Shown: positions 34,000-44,864 of the stretch, in pieces
Layout of the letters: the number at the start of each line of letters is the position of its first letter
How positions within the stretch are numbered: the stretch's first letter is position 1
Origin: Amphiscolops sp. MND2022
Lineage: Eukaryota
NCBI GenBank assembly: GCA_964187785.1
Contig: OZ076409.1
Coordinates: forward strand, 62,684,001-62,748,000
Direction of reading: 5' to 3'
Length of the DNA stretch: 64,000 bases
Notes under the pieces: model-generated
What the model was told of the DNA's origin: nothing
The model's database searches: none
Seen by the model: the letters and a program-made list of their open reading frames with translations, nothing else
Translations under genes and position numbers: made by a program

Positions 34000-36958
34000 T
34001 GCTGAAGAACATTCACGACTGAAAATCCCATGAATTACGACGCGAAGCGTTGCGGCGGGAACATCAAACAAGCACACCCATCACATACCCCAAGTTGCAC
34101 AAAAACAATTTCAAAAAACAATTATGCGCGACACAAAAGGTCGTGCCAGCCGGAAACTCAGACCCAACGCGACGCGACCACAGCAAGAGTCCATCGTTGC
34201 CGTTATCTCCCGTGCACGGAGTGTGGCTTATTGAAAGCAGCCACTAATATGGCCGGACCCAGACGAATCCGCTCGACAAGAGGAGGTGACGTACTTCCAG
34301 CAAGGAGGTGAAAGCCAAGACGAGACGAAGGGACCATACCGTCAGAGATTTTGCAGCATCCAAAACCTGTTTGCTGGACGAATGTTACCGTAAAGCACTT
34401 ACTGGCACCGGCTTCGATCAAAAAAAGTTCAATGAACGTTTAAAGTCCACAGGATTAGGAGACGAAACGATGCATGAATCGTTGAAAAGCGTGATAATAC
34501 GTTACAATTAGAGAAATAAGGTATTACTAAGTGTTGAAGTAGTCGTGAGTGATTTGCCAATGCTTCTGAGCATATCATCGTTGGAGGAAATAAAAACAAA
34601 CGTCGACGTTTTTAACACAAAGAACATGCTGGGTCAAACGTGATTAACATGGGTCACGTGACTAAAAAAATCAAACGGCCATTTTATGATCGCATTGAGA
34701 TATGGCTTCACTTACCAGTATGAATTTGTGATTGAACGACGATATATTAAAACTTCAAAAACAGTCCGGCCACTGAAGTAGCGAAAATCTAAAAATATAT
34801 ATCAAGGGACTCAGTTTGAAGTTTCACGGAAAATTGATTCGCTCTAGAAATGCAGTATGTGAAAAACGTGGACGAAAACCCGTGGCATCAGATGTGAATG
34901 ATAATGACCTTCACCAATGGACGGAAATCGGTGGAAACACCTGGTATCTGCATATAACTGATTCACTTTCTCGTTCCAGTGCTGGCTGCATCATTAAGTC
35001 CAAAGATCCGACAGCAACCATCACTGGGTTCAAACAATGCTGTATAGATAGCTGTGTTTGGTCCTCCAAAACGTGTCAGCAGACAACGGCGGTTATTTTG
35101 CCAATAAACACTTTATCAGTATGGACGAATTGTATAAAATAAGGGTTCTCAACTGCAGCGAAAGAACCGTAATTCGAAAAAAATTACATACTCAAAAAAA
35201 TGGCCCGAGTGGCGCGCCGGGGCCCGCTAGCGCGAGCCCTGGTGCGCTGAAAGGGGGACACTTCCGAAATGGTCAACATTTTTGTCGCAGTTGAAGGTGG
35301 AACCCTTTGGAGAAAAAACACATTTTTGAAAAAAAGTCTCAATGCCGAAAAACTGAAAGAGGGACCCTTTGGGATTTTTACACACCCAATCTGTTGTAAA
35401 AGATCAAAGAAATTGAAGGGGGACCTTTTGGAGAGAAAAAAATATATAAAAAGTCTCATAATGCCGAAAAACTGAAAGGGGGGACCCTTTGGGATTTTCC
35501 AACATCCATTCTGTCGTAAAATAGCAAAAAAAATTGAAGGGGGACCCTTTGGGGAAAAAATTTTCCGGAAAAGTCTCGCAGAGCCGAAAAAAAATTGGAA
35601 TGGGGGACCCTTTGGTCTCGCCGGGTATGGTACGCGGGAAAACAGGAAAAACTTTTTTGGTTCAGTTCGCTAGACCAAATATAGCAATTTGGTGCAATAA
35701 TATTTTGTAGAACTTTTAAGAACTATTTTAGTCAGTTCGTGTGGATTGAAAAAAGCCACTATAATAGTCGCGTTCACTTCATGAAGCGCCGACTAAAAAT
35801 GCTGAAGAACATTCACGACTGAAAATACCATGAATTACGACGCGAAGCGTTGCGGCGGGAACATCAAACAAGCACACCCATCACATACCCCAAGTTGCAC
35901 AAAAACAATTTCAAAAAACAATTATGCGCGACACAAAAGGTCGTGCCAGCCGGAAACTCAGACCCAACGCGACGCGACCACAGCAAGAGTCTATCGTTGC
36001 CGTTATCTCCCGTGCACGGAGTGTGGCTTATTGAAAGCAGCCACTAATATGGCCGGACCCAGACGAATCCGCTCGACAAGAGGAGGTGACGTACTTCCAG
36101 CAAGGAGGTGAAAGCCAAGACGAGACCAAGGGACCATACCGTCAGAGATTTTGCAGCATCCAAAACCTGTTTGCTGGACGAATGTTACCGTAAAGCACTT
36201 ACTGGCACCGGCTTCGATAAAAAAAAGTTCAACGAACGTTTAAAGTCCACAGGATTAGGAGACGACACAAGGCATGAATCGTTGAAAAGCGTGATAATAC
36301 GTTACAATTAGAGAAATAAGGTATTACTAAGTGTTGAAGTAGTCGTGAGTGATTTGCCAATGCTTCTGAGCATATAATCGTTGGAGGAAATAAAAAACGT
36401 CGACGTTTTTAACACAAAGAACATGCTGGGTCAAACGTGATTAACATGGGTCACGTGACTAAAAAAATCAAACGGCCATTTTATGATCGCATTGAGATAT
36501 GGCTTCACTTACCAGTATGAATTTGTGATTGAACGACGATATATTAAAACTTCAAAAACAGTCCGGCCACTGAAGTAGCGAAAATCTGAAAAAATATATA
36601 TCAAGGGACTCAAAGTTTCACGGAAAATTGATTTGCTCTAGAAATGCAGTATGTGAAAAACGTGGACGAAAACCCGTGGCATCAGATGTGAATGATAATG
36701 ACCTTCACCAATGGACGGAAATCGGTGGAAACACCTGGTATCTGCATATAATTGATTTAGTTTCTCGTTCCAGTGCTGGCTGCATCATTAAGTCCAAAGA
36801 TCCGACAGCAACCATCACTGGGTTCAAACAATGCCGTATAGATAGCTGTGTTTGGTCCTCCAAAACGTGTCAGCAGACAACGGCGGTTATTTTGCCAATA
36901 AACACTTCATCAGTATGGACGAATTGTATAAAATAAGGGTTCTCAACTGCAGCGAAAA
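33385..36958 (+). repeat. Tandem duplication of about 1.8 kb (two units, junction about 35165)
   Basis: ORFs 34030/35830 and 34308/36108 are near-identical at an offset of 1800. Confidence 0.9.
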
Positions 36959-37770
36959 GTCCGTGGATCATTGACATCTGTGAGCGCCACAATGCTATTG
37001 TATCAGAGACGTTCGATGAAGTATTGGCAAATTCCCGATACACACTAGAAACAGCTCTCTCGCAGTCACTGTTCGCTAAAAATTCGCGACACAACAACAG
37101 TTTCTCGCCGTACCAGATTGTGTTTGGTCGTAATCCAGGCAATTTATGTCTAAGCCCTGAATTGAACAACCTCTGATTTTGTTTCAAATTAACTGAACGC
37201 ATTGCGCAGCGCACAAAAGCGATATATTGGGTAAGAAACAACAGAAGATATCAGACGTGCGTTAAGAACAAATACCCGGAATAATGATCAAGGGAATATA
37301 GTTTTTTTACAAGCATGAAAAGGAAGAATGGAAAATTCCCAGAATTGTTATCTTCGTCAGGCATGGTTCTTACGTTGACAAAGCGGATATTTGACGTTTG
37401 AAACAGAAGGGATCAGAATATCTTTTCACTCCGGAGCCTGCATCACATCAAAACAATGCCCCGAACGCTTTGGAGAATGACAAATGTTTCAAACGAAAAG
37501 ACGCCAATTGATAAAATTCCATCTGTACGGCATCTAGTAAGATTTCTAACAAATAGAGAACAAATAAAGACACCGAACACACGGGAAAAATCATCAGTTC
37601 TCGTGGAACAACTTTCATCCCCTTAATGATGCTCCTTGATACAATTATTGAAAAAAATGTTCGCAGATCAAGGAGGATACAGTGAATTTTACGCTGATTT
37701 TACGTAAGAGGAGCGCCGTCCCATTTGGAGTTGCAACGGAAGAAAAAGAAATTAATACAACCGGAGCTTG
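34330..37770 (+). mobile_element. Decayed Copia-type (protease-integrase order) retroelement fragments, partly duplicated
   Basis: Integrase motifs WYLHIIDLVSRSSAG, SADNGGYFAN, AAKSPW..ICERHN, SPYQIVFGRNP, preceded by protease-like remnants. Confidence 0.65.
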
Positions 37771-37789
37771 GAGGTGGCAATAAATGACT

Positions 37790-40410
37790 ACGTACTTCAA
37801 TGAATGCACTACTCTACAATGTTCGACGCAAAATCAACCGCAAAAAACGTCGAGATTTTGCTGATTTCGTACACAATTATGATTTGATATTACTAACTGA
37901 GACTTGGCTCACGAGGAACATCAAAAACTTGGAACTTTTCCTGACTCACTATAATATCATCCGTGCTGATAGACCAACTGCAAACAAATCGGAGACTTCG
38001 AAACACGGTGGTTGCCTTATAGCTATAGAACAATCTTTACCTTACCTGGAGCTGAACTAAGATGGATTACCTGAAAGACTTCAGGAGTCGATACTAATAG
38101 CTTAACTGGAACAAGTAGCTCCACTATACATAGCCTTGCTGTACAACCCTCAAAGAGGAAGCCCTTATCGACTATCAACTACTGAAATAGATGCTTTCTT
38201 TGATTTGCTCAAAACGATAAACAATGGAAATCTCATATAAGCTGGGGATTTTAATCTGGTTGACACCGACTGAAATACATATAGCTCCTCTGACGATTAT
38301 GAAAATTATTTTGTTTCCAATGTTGTAGAGCTTACCGAAACAATATGTGGATTTTAAAACAACCAGGTCTTCTTGCCTGGACCTGGTATTCTGCCGGGAG
38401 GACTCAAACAAAATCGCGATAGAGAAATTAGAAGACATGCCACCGTTTTCAAATCACATATCATTCGAACTGAGCAGCTATACTGAAGTAACAAAACCCG
38501 CATCTGAAGCATACTATAGTCACTGCAACTGTGACTAGGAGACCATGAATGCGCTGATGACAATGCACCCATTCGAACCTCATTGCTATAGCAACGTTGA
38601 TGTGATTGTACACTATGGTTTGAGTAGCTTCACAAATTGACTGAACCGAACACTCCTGTTAGAACACGCAAAAGGCAACTGCATCCGCCTTGGATTACAT
38701 CGGACACATCCCATTGTCTCAACAAACTAATTACTCTACGAAGGAAGACGCTTCCGAGTAACGTGCAAAAACCTACAGCGCTCAATCAGTTGGAAAAGAG
38801 ATGCGAAGAAATGCAATCAGCAGACCGTGCAGAGTACGAGGACAAACTCCTTGCATCAATAGGTAAATCGACAATATTAAAGTATTTGTCAGTATTCAAG
38901 TTGCCAAATAGATCAAATACCTCCGAAAATAGATGAAAGTGAGTGCTGTCAGGAGAGAAACAGATGAAAGTGAGTAGGCCAGAAATGAAAGTGAGTGCTG
39001 TCGAGGATTTTGACCGAGCTGAATTGGTCAACAAATACTTCACGTCAATAGTGACTGATGATGATTATATAACCTTCGAACCTAGTAGATCGCAAGTATT
39101 AGGCAACGAGATCGAAATCAGCGAGTTGCTTATTGATGAAAATCTGAAAACTCTTCGAGTATCGAAAAGTAGAGGAGCTAATATCATTCCCCCCATTCTG
39201 TTAATTAGATGCTCGCACAGCATCCCAAAACCGTTGATATTAATTTTCCAAAATATCAAGAGACTAGCTAAGTTCCAAAAACTTTGGAAGCATGGTTTTG
39301 TTTCTCCTATCTACAAAGAAGGGAGAAAGAGTGATGTGACCAACTACAGGCCTGTAACACTTCTACCCATTGTCTCCAAAATCTTTGAAAAGCTCATAGC
39401 GAGGACGTTGAAGAAACAAGTAGCAAAGGTCATTAGTAGAGAACAATATATTAATGCAGTTGACGTAACAAACAAGACTGGTTCTCGTTGACTTTTCGAA
39501 AGCCTTCGACAAAATCAGACATTCAATTCTGTTGGAAAAGCTGCTAAGCTTAAACCTCAGTAAAAAAAATCGTACAACCTAAATAAAGATTATATTAGTG
39601 ACAGAACACCCAAGTGTGAGGGTGAATGGCGTTGTTTCGGAAAAGCTCAAAAATTCATCCGGTGTCCCTCAAGGATCGGTTTCAAGGATTTGTATATCCC
39701 TCAAGGATTGCATATCAGCGACTTGCAGCTTGTAGTATTCTCATCAATGGCACTACAATTCGCTTATGATCTGAAATTGATCAGTAAAACTGCAACGAAT
39801 GATCTGACTCGCTTACAGAATGATATCAGCAATCTTCATTCCTGGAGTGTGCAAAATTGCCTCCTGTCCAACTACAAGAAATGTTCCGTAATTACATTCT
39901 CTTCGGGAAGAAATCATGAACAGCAGGAGTTGATGTTAGGACACAATGGAACAAAACATCGGAGTATAGCAAGAGAACTTGGACTTGAAATTGAGGAACA
40001 TGATGGACTGAACATGTCAAAACGCTAATCGGAAAGGCAATGCGAAGTTGGCATCTGATTGAAAGGAACACTAGCCCGATAAATACTTCACATGCGAAAA
40101 TCCACCTTTACCGCGCTATAATTCGCCCAATTCTTGTTTGCATCAGAATGCTGGGACCTGAAAGGGAGTGATCATCGAAACCTTCAATAAAAGGTTCTTC
40201 GCTGGATTACCGGCATGCATGATTACCGAGAGGCTTTGATAGCTTCGAGCTTGTTACCTACCCTCTACTTGAAAGTATTAAAGGACCTTCTGTTATTTTC
40301 GAAGATCATGTCTGGTAATTACGATGTTGATTTCTCGATGTTTTATGAAGTGAACTACAGAAGTGAGTGCCTACAGAATAAGTCAAGCTACCCGGAATTC
40401 GCTACGAAGC
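37790..40410 (+). mobile_element. Decayed CR1/L2-group LINE ORF2 (APE endonuclease + RT)
   Basis: LILLTETWL, RADR..HGGCL, GDFNL, LDLVFC; NYRPVTLLPIVSKIFEKLI, DFSKAFDKI, SGVPQGS; many stops and frameshifts. Confidence 0.88.
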
Positions 40411-40420
40411 TCAGAGACAG

Positions 40421-42060
40421 ATATATATATATATATTTATCTAAAAAAAGGCTCCTTTTTGCGAGCAAATATATGCAGTGAAATAAAGAGAAAAGTGTAG
40501 GTTAAATGTCAGTTGTTGTAAATCGCCGAGTTTCTTCAATATAACTTCCTAGACAGGGGTGACGGAAAGCTTCTTCAAGGTTACAAGGGAGGTTGAATTT
40601 ATTTCTGATGTCTGAGTAATTCTGGCATTGTAAAACAAAGTGTTCGACAGTTTCTTCATTTTCGCCACAAGCACATTTAGGTGACTCGGCTTTCCAGGCT
40701 TTGTAGAGAAACCCTTTCAGCTGGCAGTGTCCAGTAAAAAGTTGGAAAATGAAAACCTCTGTCGATCTCCTGATATTCGTTTTCGAGAGCAGTGAAGCAC
40801 TCAACAGTTCGCAATTCTTATGATCACTTTGGTTCTCCCAGTAGCGTTGCAGTAGGTGTTGTTCATACTTCTGCATTTCACGTTGACTGTATAAAAAATC
40901 TGTGAGACAACATTGTTCAAGGGACACTAAGCGAGGTGTTCTAACATTGAATTTCCAGGCCAGGAATCTCCGGAGTTTAACAAAATCTGATCGAATTTTT
41001 GGTGAACGATTTTCCTCTAGCGCGATATAATGTGAGAGACTGTCGTTAGAGAGAAAGAGTTTACAGAGGAACTTGACAACAATAACTTCGGCAAAGATGT
41101 GCATCGGACTGCAACCCGCTATTGACTCCAATACATTGTTAGCTGGGTGACAGAAAGCACCAGTGGCTGCTTGAATCACGGATTTTCTGACATCACTGAC
41201 TAGCTTCAGATCGTCGCAAAACCAAGCTGGAAGTCCATACAACATCTTTGATTCAATCGTGGCTTTGTACAGCTTCATGATTGATTTCAGATTGAGCCCA
41301 TTATTGTTATTACAAAAAGGTTTCAATCGATTCCATTCAGTCCAACCTTTCATTGCGGCAGTTTTGCAACTCGATTGCGAGTTTCCAATCGTTACCCCGG
41401 TAATGACAATTTCTTCTTTGAAAACTTTAACTCCATCAGGTTTGTAATTTTCTATTCGCTGTTTTTCATCAGGTGTGAAGTTGATCGCTAAAAATGCAGT
41501 TTTCGATTCATTGAGTTTGATGCGGTTCCGAAAACACCAATATTTCAGTTCTGACATCTTGACGATTGCGGTGTGTAATGCAGCTTCTGCATCATCCTCA
41601 GTGACCAAGAAGGAGGTATTATCAGCATACTTGTACACAGTTACATTATTCGTGGGTTTCAGGATATCAGATATGAAGATTTAAAAAATCAAGTGAGACA
41701 GAACACCGCCTTGAGGGACTCCGATTCGGCAATCAAAGCTTTCAGATCTTGTATTCCCCAGTTTGATTCGAGCTCTTCTCGTTGAGAGATAATTGTGAAT
41801 CAGCAGCAGCACTCCTTGCGACACGCCGGCTTGATAAAGTTTCAAAAGCAGTATTGACGTATCGACACTATCAAAAGCCTTCTCTAGGTCTATGCTGACC
41901 AGTATTCCTTTCTGGTTCAAATACTTCGTCTTACTGATATCAGCGAAGATCCTATACAAGAGTCGGGATGCTCCTCGTTTCTTGCGGAAACCTTCTTGTT
42001 CTTCTTCTAGAGTAAGTCTGTCATCGAAAGTCTTCAGTAACCTTTTCGCTAGCACAAGTT
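40421..42060 (-). mobile_element. 5'-truncated I/Jockey-group LINE (RT + C-terminal CCHC), one frameshift
   Basis: QEGFRK, DLEKAFDSV, GVPQGGVLS, YADN, LFTGHC..CACGENEETVEHFVLQC; (TA)n tail at about 40421-40437. Confidence 0.88.
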
Positions 42061-42129
42061 CAAGCGTCTAGTTCAAGACTAAAATCACAGCGTTTTCAGT
42101 CCTTATTCCACAGGAAATAGTAAATTTAG

Positions 42130-42435
42130 CCCTTCTTCTACATGACACAATTATCGAACTGAACCGAAACGGTTTTTCCTTTTTTTCCGCGTAATATACA
42201 ATACCCGGAGAAACTACAGCCCCCCCATTCAGTTTTTTTCGGCATAGTGACTTTTCGAAAAAAAATTGACAAAGGGTCCTTCAATTTTTTGATGTTTTGC
42301 AACAATGGATGTTGAAAAAAGCGAAAGGGTCCCCGGCGCGCCAATTCGGTCCAACTTCTTTTTGGGTTTTTCAGGTACTGTAGAAGAGAATACTTTGACA
42401 CTTTGAAGTCCTTTTGCTATTTCTGAGGCCTCGAT
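42130..42435 (+). mobile_element. Truncated HINE-like internal fragment
   Basis: Shares GGCGCGCCAATTCGGTCC..AGAGAATACTT..ACACTTTGAAGTCCTTTTGCTAT with the other copies. Confidence 0.6.
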
Positions 42436-42719
42436 TACACTATCTCAAAATTGGAAAATTTTGGCAAAGTTTTCAAAATATTCCTAGGGATTTGTCAAAT
42501 GAAAAACTCCCAAAGGTTTCGTGCTGGGACGAATAGGTTGGCTTGTTTTTGAACCACCGCTTCAGTAAAACGCAATATAGTTCCTATATAACGCAAAAAT
42601 TCGAATAGGGTTAGAACATTATTGATGGATATATATTGAAAAAAAAAAGAACTTCAGACGAAAAATGAGAAACTTGAAACAGTCTCATAGTGCCCCTGGT
42701 TTGTCTACACTTGCAAACA

Positions 42720-42778
42720 AGAATTCGAACATACGTAGCACTGCTTCGTAGCCGTGCTATACACTAGGCCAAGTGGTT
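42720..42778 (-). repeat. tRNA-derived SINE-like head (A box / B box)
   Basis: Minus strand TGGCCTAGTG ... GTTCGAATTC with tRNA-like spacing; no full cloverleaf. Confidence 0.4.
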
Positions 42779-42806
42779 GGACTCTCAAAAATTAAGAGCG
42801 AAGTAC

Positions 42807-43051
42807 CCTTTGCTGTCATTAGATAACGCTTCGTCTGTATGCTCTCTGATGTGATCGGAAGTCACCGCTGAGTCAGCCACGTCCCTCTTGTCAACAGTCT
42901 GGAATGTGTTCATGAAGGAAACCGATGATAGTTCACTGTCTTCTACATTGTTCAAACGCTCAACTGTTGGAGCCGGTGATGGACGTGTCGAAACGGTTTC
43001 AGAGTTCTCACCTACCGATTGCTCTTTCATTATTGCATTGGAATCAGACAT
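42807..43051 (-). CDS. Candidate host coding exon, possibly the true first coding exon of TCERG1
   Basis: ATG-started S/T/E/D-rich 81-codon frame with no TE motif, ending GG|GTACTT (phase 2). This fits the AG|G ACC ATG acceptor at 28529. Confidence 0.45.
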
Positions 43052-43305
43052 GTTTTGGATAAAACAGCATCAACCATTCGATGACCTAAAAAGGTACAAC
43101 TATCAAATGAAGATCCAACATGGTATTTAGCTGGAATACAATTTATTTTTTTCCTGTATCAGATATCATGGATCTTCGTCATCAATCAAGTGCCATGGGT
43201 ATCATCACGTTGGGGGGAGAAGACCCACACCCGTGGTCTGCAACGAACGTAGGAAACCCCATACTAGCCACTATCCCAGTAACAAAAATAACAACCAACA
43301 AACTA

Positions 43306-43498
43306 CTCATACCAGCCACTATCGCAGTCGACCGGTAGAATTTTTTTAAAGCTGCAATGATAGAGGTTTTTTTAATAAAAACTATATGTAATAAACTTCT
43401 TCGAACGTATCTCCGTCGCTCACAGTTCCTAGAACACAGGCCGCATTGCCGATCTGGAGAGCCATTGAAATCCGTTGCTTCAAAAAGCTGCCAGCTCG
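43306..43498 (-). mobile_element. 3' end of an RLE-type (CRE/NeSL-like) non-LTR element
   Basis: Minus strand RAGSFLKQRISMALQIGNAACVLGTV; second copy at 49760-50260. Confidence 0.7.
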
Positions 43499-43606
43499 TA
43501 TATAGAAACCTCTATTTGTAGAAACACTGCCAATAAAACATTTATTTCAAAGAATGATCCTCTGAAATAAAATGACACTTCTAAAAATATATCTATACAT
43601 TTTACG

Positions 43607-44163
43607 GTTACCAATCACTTGGCTTAATACCATTTGGCTTAATTTTTTCGTCGAGTCATTTGGCTTAAAAATTTTAAGCCAAGTGACCACAAAATTAAGC
43701 CAACTCCATTCCAACTCAAGGAATAAATATGTCAACTCCCGGAAATATCAAAATGCGGGGCATATGCGGTGTATGCACGCTCGCCCTCACCGTCGCAAAG
43801 ACCAGCTCCCACTACGATCGCTTCGCGATCTTCGTTCCCGCTAGGTCTTTGCTCCTGTTCGACCTCGCTTAGCAAGATGGGAATATAAGCGGCCCCAAGG
43901 GGCCGCAGGTCACTAGAGGAAATGGGGACATATCCGAGGGGTACTTGATATGATATGTTATAATAATACGCTGACTACGTTATAAAGATAAATTCGACAA
44001 AATCTGCCACGTGTTTTCAACTAAGTGATTTTAAGTCAAATGACTTTAAGCCAAGTGACCAATACCCGAGACACTTAGCTTAAAAAAAATTAAGCCAAGT
44101 GACCAATTGTATTAAGCCAAATGACTTTAAGCCAAATGGCATTAAGCCAAGTGACCATTTACC
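43607..44163. mobile_element. Foldback/Mutator-like MITE with 9-bp TSD, inside the Gypsy LTR
   Basis: TSD CATTTTACG (43598-43606, 44164-44172); arms of (CA)TTTGGCTTAA / TTAAGCCAA subrepeats; the other LTR shows the empty site. Confidence 0.85.
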
Positions 44164-44515
44164 CATTTTACGATGTTATAATAGTTTGCGACATTGTACA
44201 TCTCCCTTCCCCCTCCAGTCCGAACTGGTCGTAGTAGATCGGGGAGGACTGTCAGAATCGAATGTAGTCCCCAAGTCTCACAGGGGGATGCTTTTCTCTC
44301 TGGGACCGTCTGGGGGAGTCCGTGGGTTATCCGGGGGAGTCTTTGCTAGGGGTGACCCGGTTTCGTTAAGTTTATCACAACATTTGAACTGGTCAGGTGA
44401 CTCAGCAGAAAGGATGTGGGGCATGATATCTTTGTCCAGCAAAGTCTCGTTCTCATCTCCGAGGGACTCATTTGGAGGGCGGTTGAACTTGAGTGAGGCT
44501 TTAATTTTAACTGCC

Positions 44516-44864
44516 GGGTGGGCGGAAATAGGTCGAAGTTACGGGATCGAAAATCAGAGTTAGTCCTCAGGTCGACATACCAAATTTTTGAATGGGATCG
44601 AAACAACTCGGATCGAAATTTTTATAACGTAGTCAGATATGTTCACATACCCCTAGTGCCCTGAATACAGGAGCGAAGCGAAGCGGAGCGACGTGCCATT
44701 TGGCTATGCCTCAATAATGCTACTTGGCAAAAGGAGCGAAGCAATCGAGCCATACAACAAAAACGATAAAAATCGACCGCATTCCATTCGATCCCTGCAA
44801 TTCGATCAAAAGGGTTGACCCCTGTCCTTTCGACCGGGAAAATTCGACCTATTTACAGCCACCC
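44516..44864. mobile_element. Mutator-like MITE with 9-bp TSD
   Basis: TSD TTAACTGCC (44507-44515, 44865-44873); TIRs GGGTGG..AAATAGGTCGAA / TTCGACCTATTT..CCACCC. Confidence 0.85.

Larger units (their letters stand above)
30758..34311 (+). mobile_element. Decayed non-LTR retrotransposon (RTE-like), split by two HINE insertions
   Basis: RT motifs PLFKKGDRNYINNYRAVCLL, LDNNQVGFRPERST, KAYPRVS, GLREGCPTSPVLFNIF, MGHVLRM; C-terminal Cys/His fingers (CSEC, CTKTISKNNYARHKRSC, CTECG). Confidence 0.8.

Noticed and set aside
21473..35475. Many K/F/G-rich ORFs of 60-180 aa ([12 protein letters not shown]..)
   Set aside because: Spurious frames through the non-coding HINE repeat modules.
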